A DNA stretch of 64,000 nt from Ranitomeya imitator (taxonomy: Eukaryota). A model generated the notes under the pieces. The model saw only the letters and a list, made by a program, of their open reading frames with translations, was not told the DNA's origin and ran no database searches. This document shows positions 37,591-49,896 of this stretch, one piece after another. Both the position numbers and the translations under genes were made by a program. The DNA is taken from positions 32,860,001-32,924,000 of the forward strand of contig NC_091283.1 of assembly GCF_032444005.1 (NCBI RefSeq). The letters run 5' to 3'. The first letter of the stretch is position 1. Every line of letters begins with the position of its first letter.

Positions 37591-39717
37591 CCTCTAACGC
37601 GTTTCTGGAATTACTGTCACTCCTAACCATAGAGTATAGAAGGTATCACAGTAAAATATGTTTAAAGAAACACTTTTTAAAAGAAACATGAAACAATCAC
37701 GTGGGGCAATACAACAAATAGAAAAAATAATGAATCAAAGATTTTATTACTTATATCGTATCTATTTGGCGAAAAAAAATATAAAAATGTATGTAGTTTT
37801 TTCCTTATTTTCACATGTGCAGCGATAAAAAAGAGCCATAAAAACACTTGTGACTGCTCGTACCCAACGCGTTTCGAACAGCAATTATCAATTCATATAT
37901 TGGACTTGATTCAATAAATAACGAGTCTTTCCTATAATTTCTGTCTTTTGGTTGTTTGGTTTCCAGTCTAAGAATCCAGAATGTCTCTAAGGTGTTTTCT
38001 TTTTGACAATTTCCTCTTTTATTTGGGCTTTTAACCTTTCAAACACTGAAAATCAGACTAGCTGTACTGCCATCATGTTCATGTACAATGTGTTTTACCG
38101 CACTGGAGAATGTTCTATTTTTCTTACTATTGATGTTCTGGAGATGTTCTGCTATACTTCTTTTTCTTTTTTAAGCTTTATATTGGTTCATCCAACATTT
38201 TTCATATCGCAAATCTTACATTCGATGCAATAAATGACCGGATCAGGATCATGATTGATTGATAAAAACGGTCAAGCGATACTTTGTGTTAACACACATT
38301 ACAATAGTCTTCATTTCCTTATGCTGCCGGCAAGTACTGACAGTCACCATATTGTTTTTATCTGAAAAAATCATGTATGTTTTACCCATCTCTCCTTCTT
38401 TGCTCTTATTGTGCCTTTTGCATGTCAGGCTAAGTTCACACTAGTCATTTTTGCTGCTTTTTTTTCTGCAGCAAACCCTGCACTCTTGGCAGAAAAGAAG
38501 CAGCGTCAAAAACGCATGTTTTGGAGCAGTTTTTGGTACGTTTTTCATGATCTCAAAGTTCAGCTTTGCTTCCACCACAGCAGTATGAACACAGGTCACC
38601 AAGACATATGTTCATTAAAAAATACACCTACAAATGTAACAGCTGTGGGAGGTGAACTGGTCGGGAATAATTTACCTAAGACACTGGGTTTGTAGGAAAA
38701 CTGTTTAACTTTCACACTTTGGTCTGCCATTGAGTTGCTCGATCTCACACCTTGGTCAGCCACAGGCATTGTTCAGTCTCACACCTTTGTTGGCCAACAT
38801 TTACTTTGTGTATGCATCACTAATGTACAATAACAAATTGTATTGTGGTACCATGTTAGCCAGAAAAATCGATGTGAATACTTTTCTGCCCAATGATGAC
38901 ATAAGTATTCTAGGAGTGATACCTTTATTGGCTAACCAGAAAATAATAAGTTTGCAAGCTTCCAGAGCACAGTGGCTCCTTCTTCCGGCGGATTACAACA
39001 AAAAAAAAAACACAGTCTTACGAAAAATGGAACTGTTGGGAATTATGTGCTTATTTCGAGGGGTGGAAGGGAAGCTAAGAGTTAGAACCTCGCAGAGGCT
39101 GCCGGCAGTCAGTATGCCGGTAACTCAATAAAATTTGGGATTCATTATCAGAAAAACAGCTCGGAATCCTACAAGAATATACACTGCTCAAAAAAAAATA
39201 AAGGGAACACTTAAACAACAGAATATAACTCCAAGTAAATCAAACTTCTGTGAAATCAAACTGTCCACTTAGGAAGCAACACTGACTGACAATCAATTTC
39301 ACATGCTGTCGGGGGGACGAAGCTTCTGAGTGGGCCCTAACAAGGTAACCTTGATTACAACTAGTTGACACACACCATAATAGTGGAGGAGAAACTCAGC
39401 AGATGACAGCGATGTTATTGAAGATAATCTCTATATAAAGACCAATATTGATATTACCGCCATATGGTCAGTGGTAGATACCAGCCCTACAGAACATATA
39501 AGAGATCACAGCACAGTTACAGATAATGTCTTACCGCTGACATCCTTTCTGATGAAATCGTTCACTTTTCCCGTCTTTTCCATCTGGCCCAGACCGACAT
39601 GACAACTTCTTCCAGCAACGACTCGTCTGCAGAGAATACAACAAAGACACATTTCACTTCTCACATTCCAGCCCCAACACCATCTATTCCCAACCTGCAC
39701 AAACTCCTCATCCTACT

Positions 39718-42700
39718 AATACCCCAATACTGAGCCGCTGCTGCCGTATGTGTCTCTATTACTGCCCGATACCCCAATACTGAGCCTCTGCTGCCATATG
39801 TGTCCCTATTACTGCCCCGATACCCCAATACTGAGCCACTGCTGCCGTATGTGTCCCTATTACTGCCCGATACCCTAATACTGAGCCGCTGCTGCCGTAT
39901 GTGACCCTATTACTGCCCGATACCCTAATACTGAGCCGCTGCTGCCGTATGTGTCCCTATTACTGCCCCTGATACCCCAATACTGAGCTGCTGCTGCCGT
40001 ATGTGTCCCTATTACTGTACCTGATACCCTAATACTGAGCCTCTGCTGCCATATTTGTCCCTATTACTGCCCCGATACCCCAATATTGAGCCGCTGCTGC
40101 CGTATGTGTCCCTATTACTGCACCTGATACCCCAATACTGAGCCTCTGCTGCTGTATGTGTCCCTATTACTTCACCTGATACCCCAATACTGAGCCGCTG
40201 CTGCCGTATGTGTCCCTATTACTGCACCTGATACCCCAATACTGAGCCGCTGCTGCCGTATGTGTCCCTATTACTGCACCTGATACCCCAATACTGAGCC
40301 GCTGCTGCCGTATGTGTCCCTATTACTTCACCTGATACCCCAATACTGAGCCGCTGCTGCCGTATGTGTCCCTATTACTGCACCTGATACCCCAATACTG
40401 AGCCGCTGCTGCCGTATGTGTCCCTATTACTTCACCTGATACCCCAATACTGAGCCGCTGCTGCCATATGTGTCCCTATTACTTCACCTGATACCCCAAT
40501 ACTGAGCCACTGCTGCCGTATGTGTCCCTATTACTGCCCCTGATAACCCAATACTGATCCGCTGCTGCCATATGTGTCCCTATTACTGCACCTGATACCC
40601 CAATACTGAGCCTCTGCTGCCGTATGTGTCCCTATTACTGCACCTGATACCCCAATACTGAGCCTCTGCTGCCGTATGTGTCCCTATTACTTCACCTGAT
40701 ACCCCAATACTGAGCCACTGCTGCCGTATGTGTCCCTATTACTGCCCCTGATAACCCAATACTGATCCGCTGCTGCCATATGTGTCCCTATTACTGCACC
40801 TGATACCCCAATACTGAGCCTCTGCTGCCGTATGTGTCCCTATTACTGCACCTGATACCCCAATACTGAGCCTCTGCTGCCGTATGTGTCCCTATTACTA
40901 CACCTGATACCCCAATACTGAGCCACTGCTGCCGTATGTGTCCCTATTACTACACCTGATACCCCAATACTGAGCCGCTGCTGCCGTATGTGTCCCTATT
41001 ACTGCACCTGATACCCCAATACTGAGCCACTGCTGCCGTATCTGTCCCTACTACTGCACCTGATACCCCAATACTGAGCCTCTGCTGCTGTATGTGTCCC
41101 TATTACTTCACCTGATACCCCAATACTGAGCCTCTGCTGCCGTATGTGACCCTATTACTGCACCTGATACCCCAATACTGAGCCGCTGCTGCCGTATGTG
41201 TCCCTATTACTGCACCTGATACCCCAATACTGAGCCTCTGCTGCTGTATGTGTCCCTATTACTTCACCTGATACCCCAATACTGAGCCGCTGCTGCCATA
41301 TGTGTCCCTATTACTTCACCTGATACCCCAATACTGAGCCACTGCTGCCGTATGTGTCCCTATTACTGCAACTGATATCCCCAATACTGAGCCGCTGCTG
41401 CCGTATGTGTCCCTATTACTGCACCTGATACCCCAATACTGAGCCGCTGCTGCCGTATGTGTCCCTATTACTGCCCCTGATACCCCAATACTGAGCCGCT
41501 GCTGCCGTATGTGTCCCTATTACTGCCCCTGATACCCCAATACTGAGCCTCTGCTGCCGTATGTGTCCCTATTGCTGCCCCTGATACCCCAATACTGAGC
41601 CGCTGCTGCTATATGTGTCCCTATTACTGCACCTGATACCCCAATACTGAGCCGCTGCTGCCGTATGTGTCCCTATTACTACACCTGATACCCCAATACT
41701 GAGCCGCTGCTGCCGTATGTGTCCCTATTACTACACCTGATACCCCAATACTGAGCCGCTGCTGCCGTATGTGTCCCTATTACTACACCTGATACCCCAA
41801 TACTGAGCCACTGCTGCCGTATCTGTCCCTATTACTGCCCCTGATACCCCAATACTGAGCCGCTGCTGCTGTATGTGTCCCTATTTCTGCACCCGATACC
41901 CCAATACTGAGCCACTGCTGCCGTATCTGTCCCTATTACTGCCCCTGATACCCCAATACTGAGCCGCTGCTGCTGTATGTGTCCCTATTTCTGCACCCGA
42001 TACCCCAATACTGAGCCGCTGCTGCCGTATGTGTCCCTACCCTATTACTGCACCTGATACCCCAATACTGAGCCGCTGCTGCCGTATGTGTCCCTATTAC
42101 TGCACCCGATACCCCAATACTGAGCCGCTGCTGCCGTATTTGACCCTATAACTGCACCTGATACCCCAATACTGAGCCGCTGCTGCCATATGTGTCCCTA
42201 CCCTATTACTGCACCTGATACCCCAATACTGAGCCGCTGCTGCCGTATGTGTCCCTATTACTGCCCCTGATACCCCAATACTGAGCCGCTGCTGCCGTAT
42301 GTGACCCTATTACTGCCCCTGATACCCCAATACTGAGCCGCTGCTGCCGTATGTATCCCTATTACTGCCCCTGATACCCCAATACTGAGCCACTGCTGCT
42401 GTATGTGTCCCTATTACTGCCCCTGATACCCCAATACTGAGCCGCTGCTGCCGTATGGGTCCCTATTACTGCCCCTGATACCCCAATACTGAGCTGCTGC
42501 TGCCGTATGTGTCCCTATTACTGCACCTGATACCCCAATACTGAGCCGCTGCTGCCGTATGTGACCCTATTACTGCCCCTGATACCCCAATACTGAGCCG
42601 CTGCTGCCGTATGTATCCCTATTACTGCCCCTGATACCCCAATACTGAGCCGCTGCTGCTGTATGTGTCCCTATTACTGCCCCTGATACCCCAATACTGA

Positions 42701-44665
42701 GCCGCTGCTGCCGTATCTGTCCCTATTACTGCACCTGATACCCCAATACTGAGCCGCTGCTGCCATATGTGACCCTATTACTGCACCCGATACCCCAATA
42801 CTGAGCCACTGCTGCCGTATGTGTCCCTATTACTGCACCCGATACCCCAATACTGAGCCGCTGCTGCCATATGTGTCCCTATTACTGCACCTGATACCCC
42901 AATACTGAGCCGCTGCTGCCGTATGTGTCCCTATTACTGCACCTGATACCCCAATACTGAGCCACTGCTGCCATATGTGTCCCTATTACTGCCCCTGATA
43001 CCCCAATACTGAGCCGCTGCTGCCATATGTGTCCATATTACTGCACCTGATACCCCAATACTGAGCCCCTGCTGCCGTATGTGTCCCTATTGCTGCACCT
43101 GATACCCCAATACTGAGCCGCTGCTGCCGTATGTGTCCCTATTGCTGCACCTGATACCCCAATACTGAGCTGCTGCTGCCGTATGTGTCCCTATTACTGC
43201 ACCTGATACCCCAATACTGAGCCGCTGCTGCCATATGTGTCCCTATTACTGCACCTGATACCCCAATTACTGAGCCGCTGCTGCCGTATGTGTCCCTATT
43301 ACTGCCCCTGATACCCCAATACTGAGCCGCTGCTGCTGTATGTGCCCTATTACTGCACCTGATACCCCAATACTGAGCCGCTGCTGCCATATGTGTCCCT
43401 ATTACTGCCCCTGATACCCCAATACTGAGCGCGCTGCTGCTGTATGTGTCCCTATTACTGCCTCGATACCCCAATACTGAGCCGATGCTGCCGTATGTGT
43501 CCCTATTACTGCACCTGATACCCCAATACTGAGCCGCTGCTGCCGTATGTGTCCCTATTACTGCACCTGATACCCCAGTACTGAGCCGCTGCTGCCGTAT
43601 GTGTCCCTATTTCTACACCTAATACCCCAATACTGAGCCGCTGCTGCCGTATGTGTCCCTATTACTGCACCTGATACCCCAATACTGAGCCGCTGCTGCT
43701 GTATGTGTCCCTATTACTGCCCCTGATACCCCAATACTGAGCCGCTGCTGCCGTATGTGTCCCTATTACTGCACCTGATACCCTAATACTGAGCTGCTGC
43801 TGCCGTATGTGACCCTATTACTGCCCCTGATACCCCAATACTGAGCCGCTGCTGCCGTATGTGTCCCTATTACTGCACCTGAAACCCCAATTACTGAGCC
43901 GCTGCTGCCGTATGTGTCCCTATTACTGCACCTGATACCCCAGTACTGAGCCGCTGCTGCCGTATGTGTCCCTATTACTGCACCTGAAACCCCAATTACT
44001 GAGCCGCTGCTGCCGTATGTGTCCCTATTACTGCACCTGATACCCCAGTACTGAGCCGCTGCTGCCGTATGTGTCCCTATTACTGCACCTGAAACCCCAA
44101 TTACTGAGCCGCTGCTGCCGTATGTGTCCCCATTACTGCACCTGATACCCCAATACTGAGCCGCTGCTGCCATATGTGTCCCTATTACTGCCCCTGATAC
44201 CCCAATACTGAGCCGCTGCTGCCGTATGTGTCCTTATTACTGCACCCGATACCCCAATACTGAGCTGCTGCCATATGTGTCCTATTACTGCACATGATAC
44301 CCCAATACTGAGCCTCTGCTGCCGTATGTGACCCTATTACTGCACCTGATACCCCAATACTGAGCCACTGCTGCCGTATGTGCCCTATTACTGCACCTGA
44401 TACCCCAATACTGAGCCACTGCTGCCGTATGTGTCCCTATTACTGCACCTGATACCCCAATACTGAGCCGCTGCTGCCGTATGTGTCCCTATTACTGCAC
44501 CTGATACCCCAATACTGAGCCACTGCTGCCGTATGTGTCCCTATTACTGCACCTGATACCCCAATACTGAGCCGCTGCTGCTGCTGCTGCCCTATGTCCC
44601 TATTACTGCACCTGATACCCCAATACTGAGCCGCTGCTGCCGTATGTGCCCTATTACTGCACCTG
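39718..44665. repeat. 52-bp minisatellite, ~95 units
   Basis: Unit GATACCCCAATACTGAGCCGCTGCTGCCGTATGTGTCCCTATTACTGCACCT; period 52 (e.g. 40141 to 40193). Confidence 0.98.
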
Positions 44666-44970
44666 CTGTGTGTTTCTCTTTGCCCTCTAAATTCTAAAGC
44701 ACCCCTCTATAATATAGTAATGCCGGGTGCAAGTGCCCTAGAAAACAGAGCCCATATTTTGCCCCCTAGAAAGTAATATTGTCCTGTGCGCCCCTTTAAT
44801 ATTCACAGTAACCCAAGTTCCCCTATAACAATAAGTGCCCACTTTACATTTAATAATATCCCAAGTCTCCACCCTGTACAGCTCCCCTATACACAGCATG
44901 ATGCTCTCTTATACACAGTATAATGCCCCCTCACTGTATAGTACCACCCACACAGTATACTGACCCCTTA

Positions 44971-45247
44971 GGCGAGGTTCACATTGCGTTAATGGCAGTC
45001 CGCTAGCGGGATCCATTACAAAGCGGCACTGACATTATGTAATGGATCCGTTAGCGCACATGCGATAGTGATGCGCCGTTATTCTGTGACGCAGTCTGCA
45101 GTGCTTTTGGGTCCGTCACCGCTAGCGCAGATAGAGCATCTGCGCTAGCGCTATCGCATAAACGCGATCCTTTTTCAGCACTTGCGTTAGCGCAGTCCGT
45201 TAGCGTATGCGTTGAACGGACTGCACTAATGCAATGTGAACCTAGCC
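44971..45247. mobile_element. Harbinger-type MITE
   Basis: TTA|GGCGAGGTTCACATTGCGTTA ... TAATGCAATGTGAACCTAGCC termini. Confidence 0.7.
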
Positions 45248-45369
45248 TTTGTTTGATGGCTCCAACACTGTATGATAGCCCCTTCACTGTAATCCCCATA
45301 CTGTATGATGTCCCCCTAGACAGCCTCCATATAATATAATGTGCCAGATAGTCCTCAATATAGCACAAG

Positions 45370-45720
45370 GCAGTACCCCATTGGCAGACCCTGTAGTATA
45401 AGACAGCACCCCTATAGGCAGACCCTGTAAGTATAAAGCAGCACCCCATAGGCAGACCCTGTAGTATAAGACAGTACCCCTATAAGCAGACCCTGTAGTA
45501 TAAGACAGCACCCCTATAGGCAGACCCTGTAAGTATAAAGCAGCACCCCATAGGCAGACCCTGTAGTATAAGACAGTACCCCTATAGGCAGACCCTGTAA
45601 GTATAAGGCAGCACCCCATAGGCAGACCCTGTAGTATAAGACAGTACCCCTATAGGCAGACCCTGTAATTATAAGACAGTACCCCATAGGCACACCCTGT
45701 AAGTATAAGGCGGCCCCCAT
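45370..45720. repeat. ~34-bp minisatellite, ~10 units
   Basis: GCAGACCCTGTAGTATAAGACAGTACCCCTATAG recurs at 45384, 45418, 45452 and onward. Confidence 0.9.
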
Positions 45721-46905
45721 AAAAAACAATAAATACTCACCTCTCTTCCTCCTTGTTCCAGCGGTGCTCCGAGCTCCCGCCCCTGCTCATCTCCTGACAG
45801 CGGGCGCCAGGCAGTGATGTCATCGCACCCGCTGTCAGTGTCGGCGACGCCAGATGCTGACAGGGGGATGATGGGAGAAGGAGCGTAATCCTCCTTCTCT
45901 CATCAATGTGGTGAGCTGTATCGGCTAGATGCCGATACAGCTCACCTTGTGATGACAGGCGGGGGGCTCACTGCTGGCACCGAGCCCTCCCACCTGCTCA
46001 GATCGATTCTCCCTGCTCTGCTGCAGAATGTAACTGTATTGGCGCCCTGCAAGTGCCGATGCAGTTATAGTTGCGTAGCTCCGGGTGGGCCCCCTCAGAG
46101 CGCGGGGCCCTGGGCGAACGCCCCCTCTGCCCCCCCAGTAGCTACGCTACTGTTTCTAGCTAATGTTTTGGTCACTTTTGAATGTTGGTTGTGCTTTCAC
46201 ACTCGTGGTAGCATGAGACAGACTCTATAGTCCACACAAGTGGCTCAGGTAGTGCAGCTCATCCAGGATGGCACGTCAATGCAAAATGTGGCAAGAAGGT
46301 TTGCTGTGCCTGTCAGTGTAGTGTCCAGAGGCTGGAGGTGCTGCCAGGAGACAGGCCAGTACACCAGGAGATGTGGAGTGGGCCGTAAGTGGGCAACAAC
46401 CCAGCAGCAGGACCGATACCTCAGCCTTTGTGCAAGGAGGAACAGGAGGAGCACTGCCAGAGCCCTGCAAAATGACCTCCAGCAGGCCACAAATGTACAT
46501 GTGTCTGCACAAACAGTTAAAAACTGACTCCATGAGGATATTCTGAGGGCCCGACATCCACAGATGAGGGTTGTGTTCACAGCCCAACACCGTGCTGGAC
46601 GCTTGGCATTTGCCACAGAACACCAGGATTGGCAAATTCGCCACTGGCACCCTGTGCTCTTCACAGATGAAAGCAGGTTCACACTGAGCACATGTGACAG
46701 ACGTGAGACGCCGTGGAGAGCGATCTGCTTCCTGCAACATTCTTCAGCATGACCGATTTAGCAGTACGTCAGAAATGGTGTGGGGTGGCATTTCTTTGGA
46801 GGGTCGCAGAGCCCTCCATGTGCTCACCAAAGGTAGCCTGACTGCCATTAGGCACTGAAATGAGATCCTCAGACCCCTTGTGAGACAATATACTGGTGCG
46901 GTTGG

Positions 46906-47717
46906 TGTTGTGAATTCCGCTCTTGGGCTCCCTCCGGTGGTTGTAAGTAGCATTTTTGTGAGTTCTGCTCTTGGGCTCCCTCCTGTGGTTTTGAGTGGTA
47001 TGGCTGCTTCTTGGATTTAGCTTCAGCAGCTGTTTTCACTGATCGTCTTTCTGGCTCGGCTATATTAGTCTGGCCTTATCCCTCATTCAATGCCAGTTGT
47101 CAATTGTTCCTGCCTGGAGTCATTGCTCTTAGGATTTTCCTGACACTCTGACCAGTTCAGCAAAAGTTAAGTCCTTGCTTGTCCTTTTGCAGTTCACTTG
47201 TTGTGGACTTTGTTGTTCAGCACTTTCTATGTTTTGTTCATTTGTCCAGCTTATCAGTATGGATCTATTCAGCTAGGCTGGAAGCTCTGGGCAGCAGAGT
47301 TTGCCCTCCACACCTTTAGTCAGGTGTGGAGATTTTTGCATTCCTCTGCGGTGGACTTTTTCTAGTTTTTATTACTGACCGCACAGCGTTCTGTCCTGTA
47401 CTATTTCTATCTAGCTAGAAGTGGCCTCCTGTGCTTAATCTTGTTTCATACTACGTATGTCATTTCCTTCTCCTCTCACAGTCATTACTTGTGGGGGGCT
47501 AATCTATCCTTTGGGGATTTTCTCTGAGGCAAGATAGTTTTCCTGCCTCTATCTTTAGGGGTAGTTAGCTCTTAGGCTGTGACGAGATGCCTAGGCAGAG
47601 TTAGGAGCATTCCACGGCTACTTCTAGTGTTGTGTCGAGCTTAGGGACTGCGGTCAGTATAGTTACCACCTGCTCAGAGCTAGTCGCATGTCGCTCCTTA
47701 ATCACCAGACCATAACA
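46906..47717 (+). mobile_element. Solo LTR of the sushi-type Gypsy group inserted in Tc1
   Basis: TGTTGTGAATT...CATAACA termini as in the 54153 element; GGTTGG duplicated at 46900-46905 and 47718-47723. Confidence 0.9.
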
Positions 47718-48304
47718 GGTTGGCCCTGGGTTCCTCCTAATGCAGGACAATGTCAGGCCTCATGTGGCTGGAGTGTGTCAGCAGTACCTGCAAGATGAAG
47801 GCATTGAAGCTATGGACTGGCCTGCCTGTTCCCCAGACCTGAATCCGTTTGAACACATCTGGGACATCATGTCTCGCTCCATCCACCAACGTCACGTTGC
47901 ACCATAGACTGTCCAGGAGTTGGCAGAAGCTTTAGTCCAGGTCTAGGATGAGATCCCTCAGGAGACCATCCGCTGCCTCATCAGGAGCATGGCCAGGCAA
48001 TGTAGGGAGGTCATACAGGCACGTGGAGGCCACACACTACTGAGCATCATTTCCTTGTCTTGAGGCATTTCCACTGAAGTTGGAACAGCCTATAACTTCA
48101 TTTTCTGCTTTGATTTTGTGCATCATTCCAAGTCCAGATCTCCATGGGATATTAGTTGTGATTTACGTTGATCATTTTTAGGTTTTTGTGTTCTCAACAC
48201 ATTCCACTATGTAATCAATAAAGATTTACAGCTGGAATATTTCATTCAGTGATATCTAGGATGTGGGATTTTAGTGTTCCCTTTATTTTTTTTTGAGCAG
48301 TGTA

Positions 48305-48770
48305 TATTGATTAGCACAGAATATTTGACCTATTCAAAATTAGGAAAATACATATATTTATTCCAGTTGTAATTTACAGATGGTTTTCTTTGCTGCAATG
48401 TCACAGTCCCAAGAGAATAGACACCTGAATATTTATCATGGCTGACGAAAAAGGACTATATCTAAAATTAATGTAACGGTTTTAATTGCCCATTGAGGAC
48501 TTTGTTAAAGGTTAATCATGAGTAAACGCAAGGGAGTAATTTTCACTAAATAAAGGCTACAATTGAAGGCAGATATTTATAAGCATCTGGGTTATTTGAT
48601 CAGCGACTACGGATGAGGCTACAGGGGGCGCCGCAGAATTCTAAATATTCCTATATCCAATAAAGGAAAAAAAGCAGATTGGACCGATGTAAATAGAGGA
48701 TGTGGCTTCGTCCTTGCTGAATGGTACTAGATCTTGCTGGTTACTGCCAATTGCTAAGTTATTGGTAAGT
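48305..48770 (+). promoter_or_regulatory. Conserved OR upstream block of OR 48955
   Basis: TCCCAAGAG at 48407, TAATTGCCCATTG at 48483, donor TTG|GTAAGT at 48765; collinear with 27085-27488. Confidence 0.7.
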
Positions 48771-48954
48771 TTAGCAAAAATGGACGCTTACCGTAATATA
48801 ATTACATAGACAGAAAACGAATTAAATGAAAATGGAAGGTACTTTGGTAATATTATTAACAGAGGGTATTCTAATGTCATGATCTAACAGCAGTATCCAA
48901 GAATAAAAACACGAAATATTGATTCTTCAATTACTTGACGTGAGCTTGGCCACA

Positions 48955-49896
48955 ATGCAAACAAACCAGACATCAGTCACATATTTCATAATTAAGGGCA
49001 TATCGGATGACCCGCATTTGGAGCTTCTGATCTTCTTGCTGGTTCTCCTGATTTATCTCATCACTATATCTGGGAACTTGACCATTCTCATTGCTTGCAG
49101 AGACCCTCATCTCCACACCCCCATGTACTTCTTCTTGGGCAACTTGTCCATAGTAGACATCTGTTGTTCTACAGTTTCCTTGCATAGAATCCTTACAAAT
49201 TTTATCGTTGGGGATAAAAGAGTTTCTTTCTTTGCTTGCATGGCTCAGATGTACATGTTTGGGTCCTTAGAAGGTCTTGAGCTGGCAGTCTTGACAGCCA
49301 TGAGTTATGACCGCTATGTGGCCATCTGTAAACCTTTACAATATCACTTGATTATGAACTCTAGGACATGTGGAATATTGGCTGCCGTCTGTTGGATTTT
49401 GGGATTTTTGCAAGTTCTTCCTCCTGCTGGGACAATTTATAGTTTTTCCTGCTATTTCTCCATTGAGATCAATCACTTCTTCTGTGATATAATCCCTGTG
49501 ATAAGAATTTCATGTGAAGACACCACATTTGTTGAAATGCTCTTCTTCATAGAAGGACTATTTCCCATAATCCTGACACCATTTCTCCTAACGTTTGTGT
49601 CCTACATATTTATCATACATGCCATACTAAGGATACGTACCAGCTCCGGAAGATTGAAGGCCTTCTACACATGTTCCTCACACCTAATGGTGGTCATATT
49701 GCTGTACACAACACTTTTCGGACAATATCTGACACCAAACCTAAGTAGTACTTTGGAGTCCAAGAAAGTTTTTGCTCTGTTTAACACGGCTGCCGTTCCT
49801 ATGCTAAATCCAGTAATCTACAGCCTAAAGAATAAAGATGTGAAAAGGGCTTTGAAAAAGATCCTAGGTCCTGGTGAACTCCATTCAAGATTATGA
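48955..49896 (+). CDS. Class II olfactory receptor, intact, 313 aa
   Basis: All OR motifs present; close paralogue of 27673 and 16358. Confidence 0.96.
   Translation: MQTNQTSVTYFIIKGISDDPHLELLIFLLVLLIYLITISGNLTILIACRDPHLHTPMYFFLGNLSIVDICCSTVSLHRILTNFIVGDKRVSFFACMAQMYMFGSLEGLELAVLTAMSYDRYVAICKPLQYHLIMNSRTCGILAAVCWILGFLQVLPPAGTIYSFSCYFSIEINHFFCDIIPVIRISCEDTTFVEMLFFIEGLFPIILTPFLLTFVSYIFIIHAILRIRTSSGRLKAFYTCSSHLMVVILLYTTLFGQYLTPNLSSTLESKKVFALFNTAAVPMLNPVIYSLKNKDVKRALKKILGPGELHSRL

Larger units (their letters stand above)
39309..46152. mobile_element. Minisatellite-laden non-autonomous DNA transposon (hAT-like), left end lost
   Basis: Right end CCCCCCCAGTAGCTACGCTACTG resembles a CAGT.GCGTAGCTA TIR. 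Shares an internal segment (39520-39650, reverse) with the 32231 element. Confidence 0.6.
39182..48302 (+). mobile_element. Degenerate Tc1 element inflated to 9.1 kb by nested insertions
   Basis: TA|CACTGCTCAAAAAAAAATAAAGGGAACAC ... GTGTTCCCTTTATTTTTTTTTGAGCAGTG|TA. Transposase remnants: LFTDESRF at ~46660 and DWPACSPDLNPFEHIW at ~47815. Confidence 0.9.

Noticed and set aside
43139-44173. AAAAQYWGIR repeat ORFs in the 52-bp array
   Set aside because: The period is not divisible by 3 and frames rotate between units; there is no gene context.
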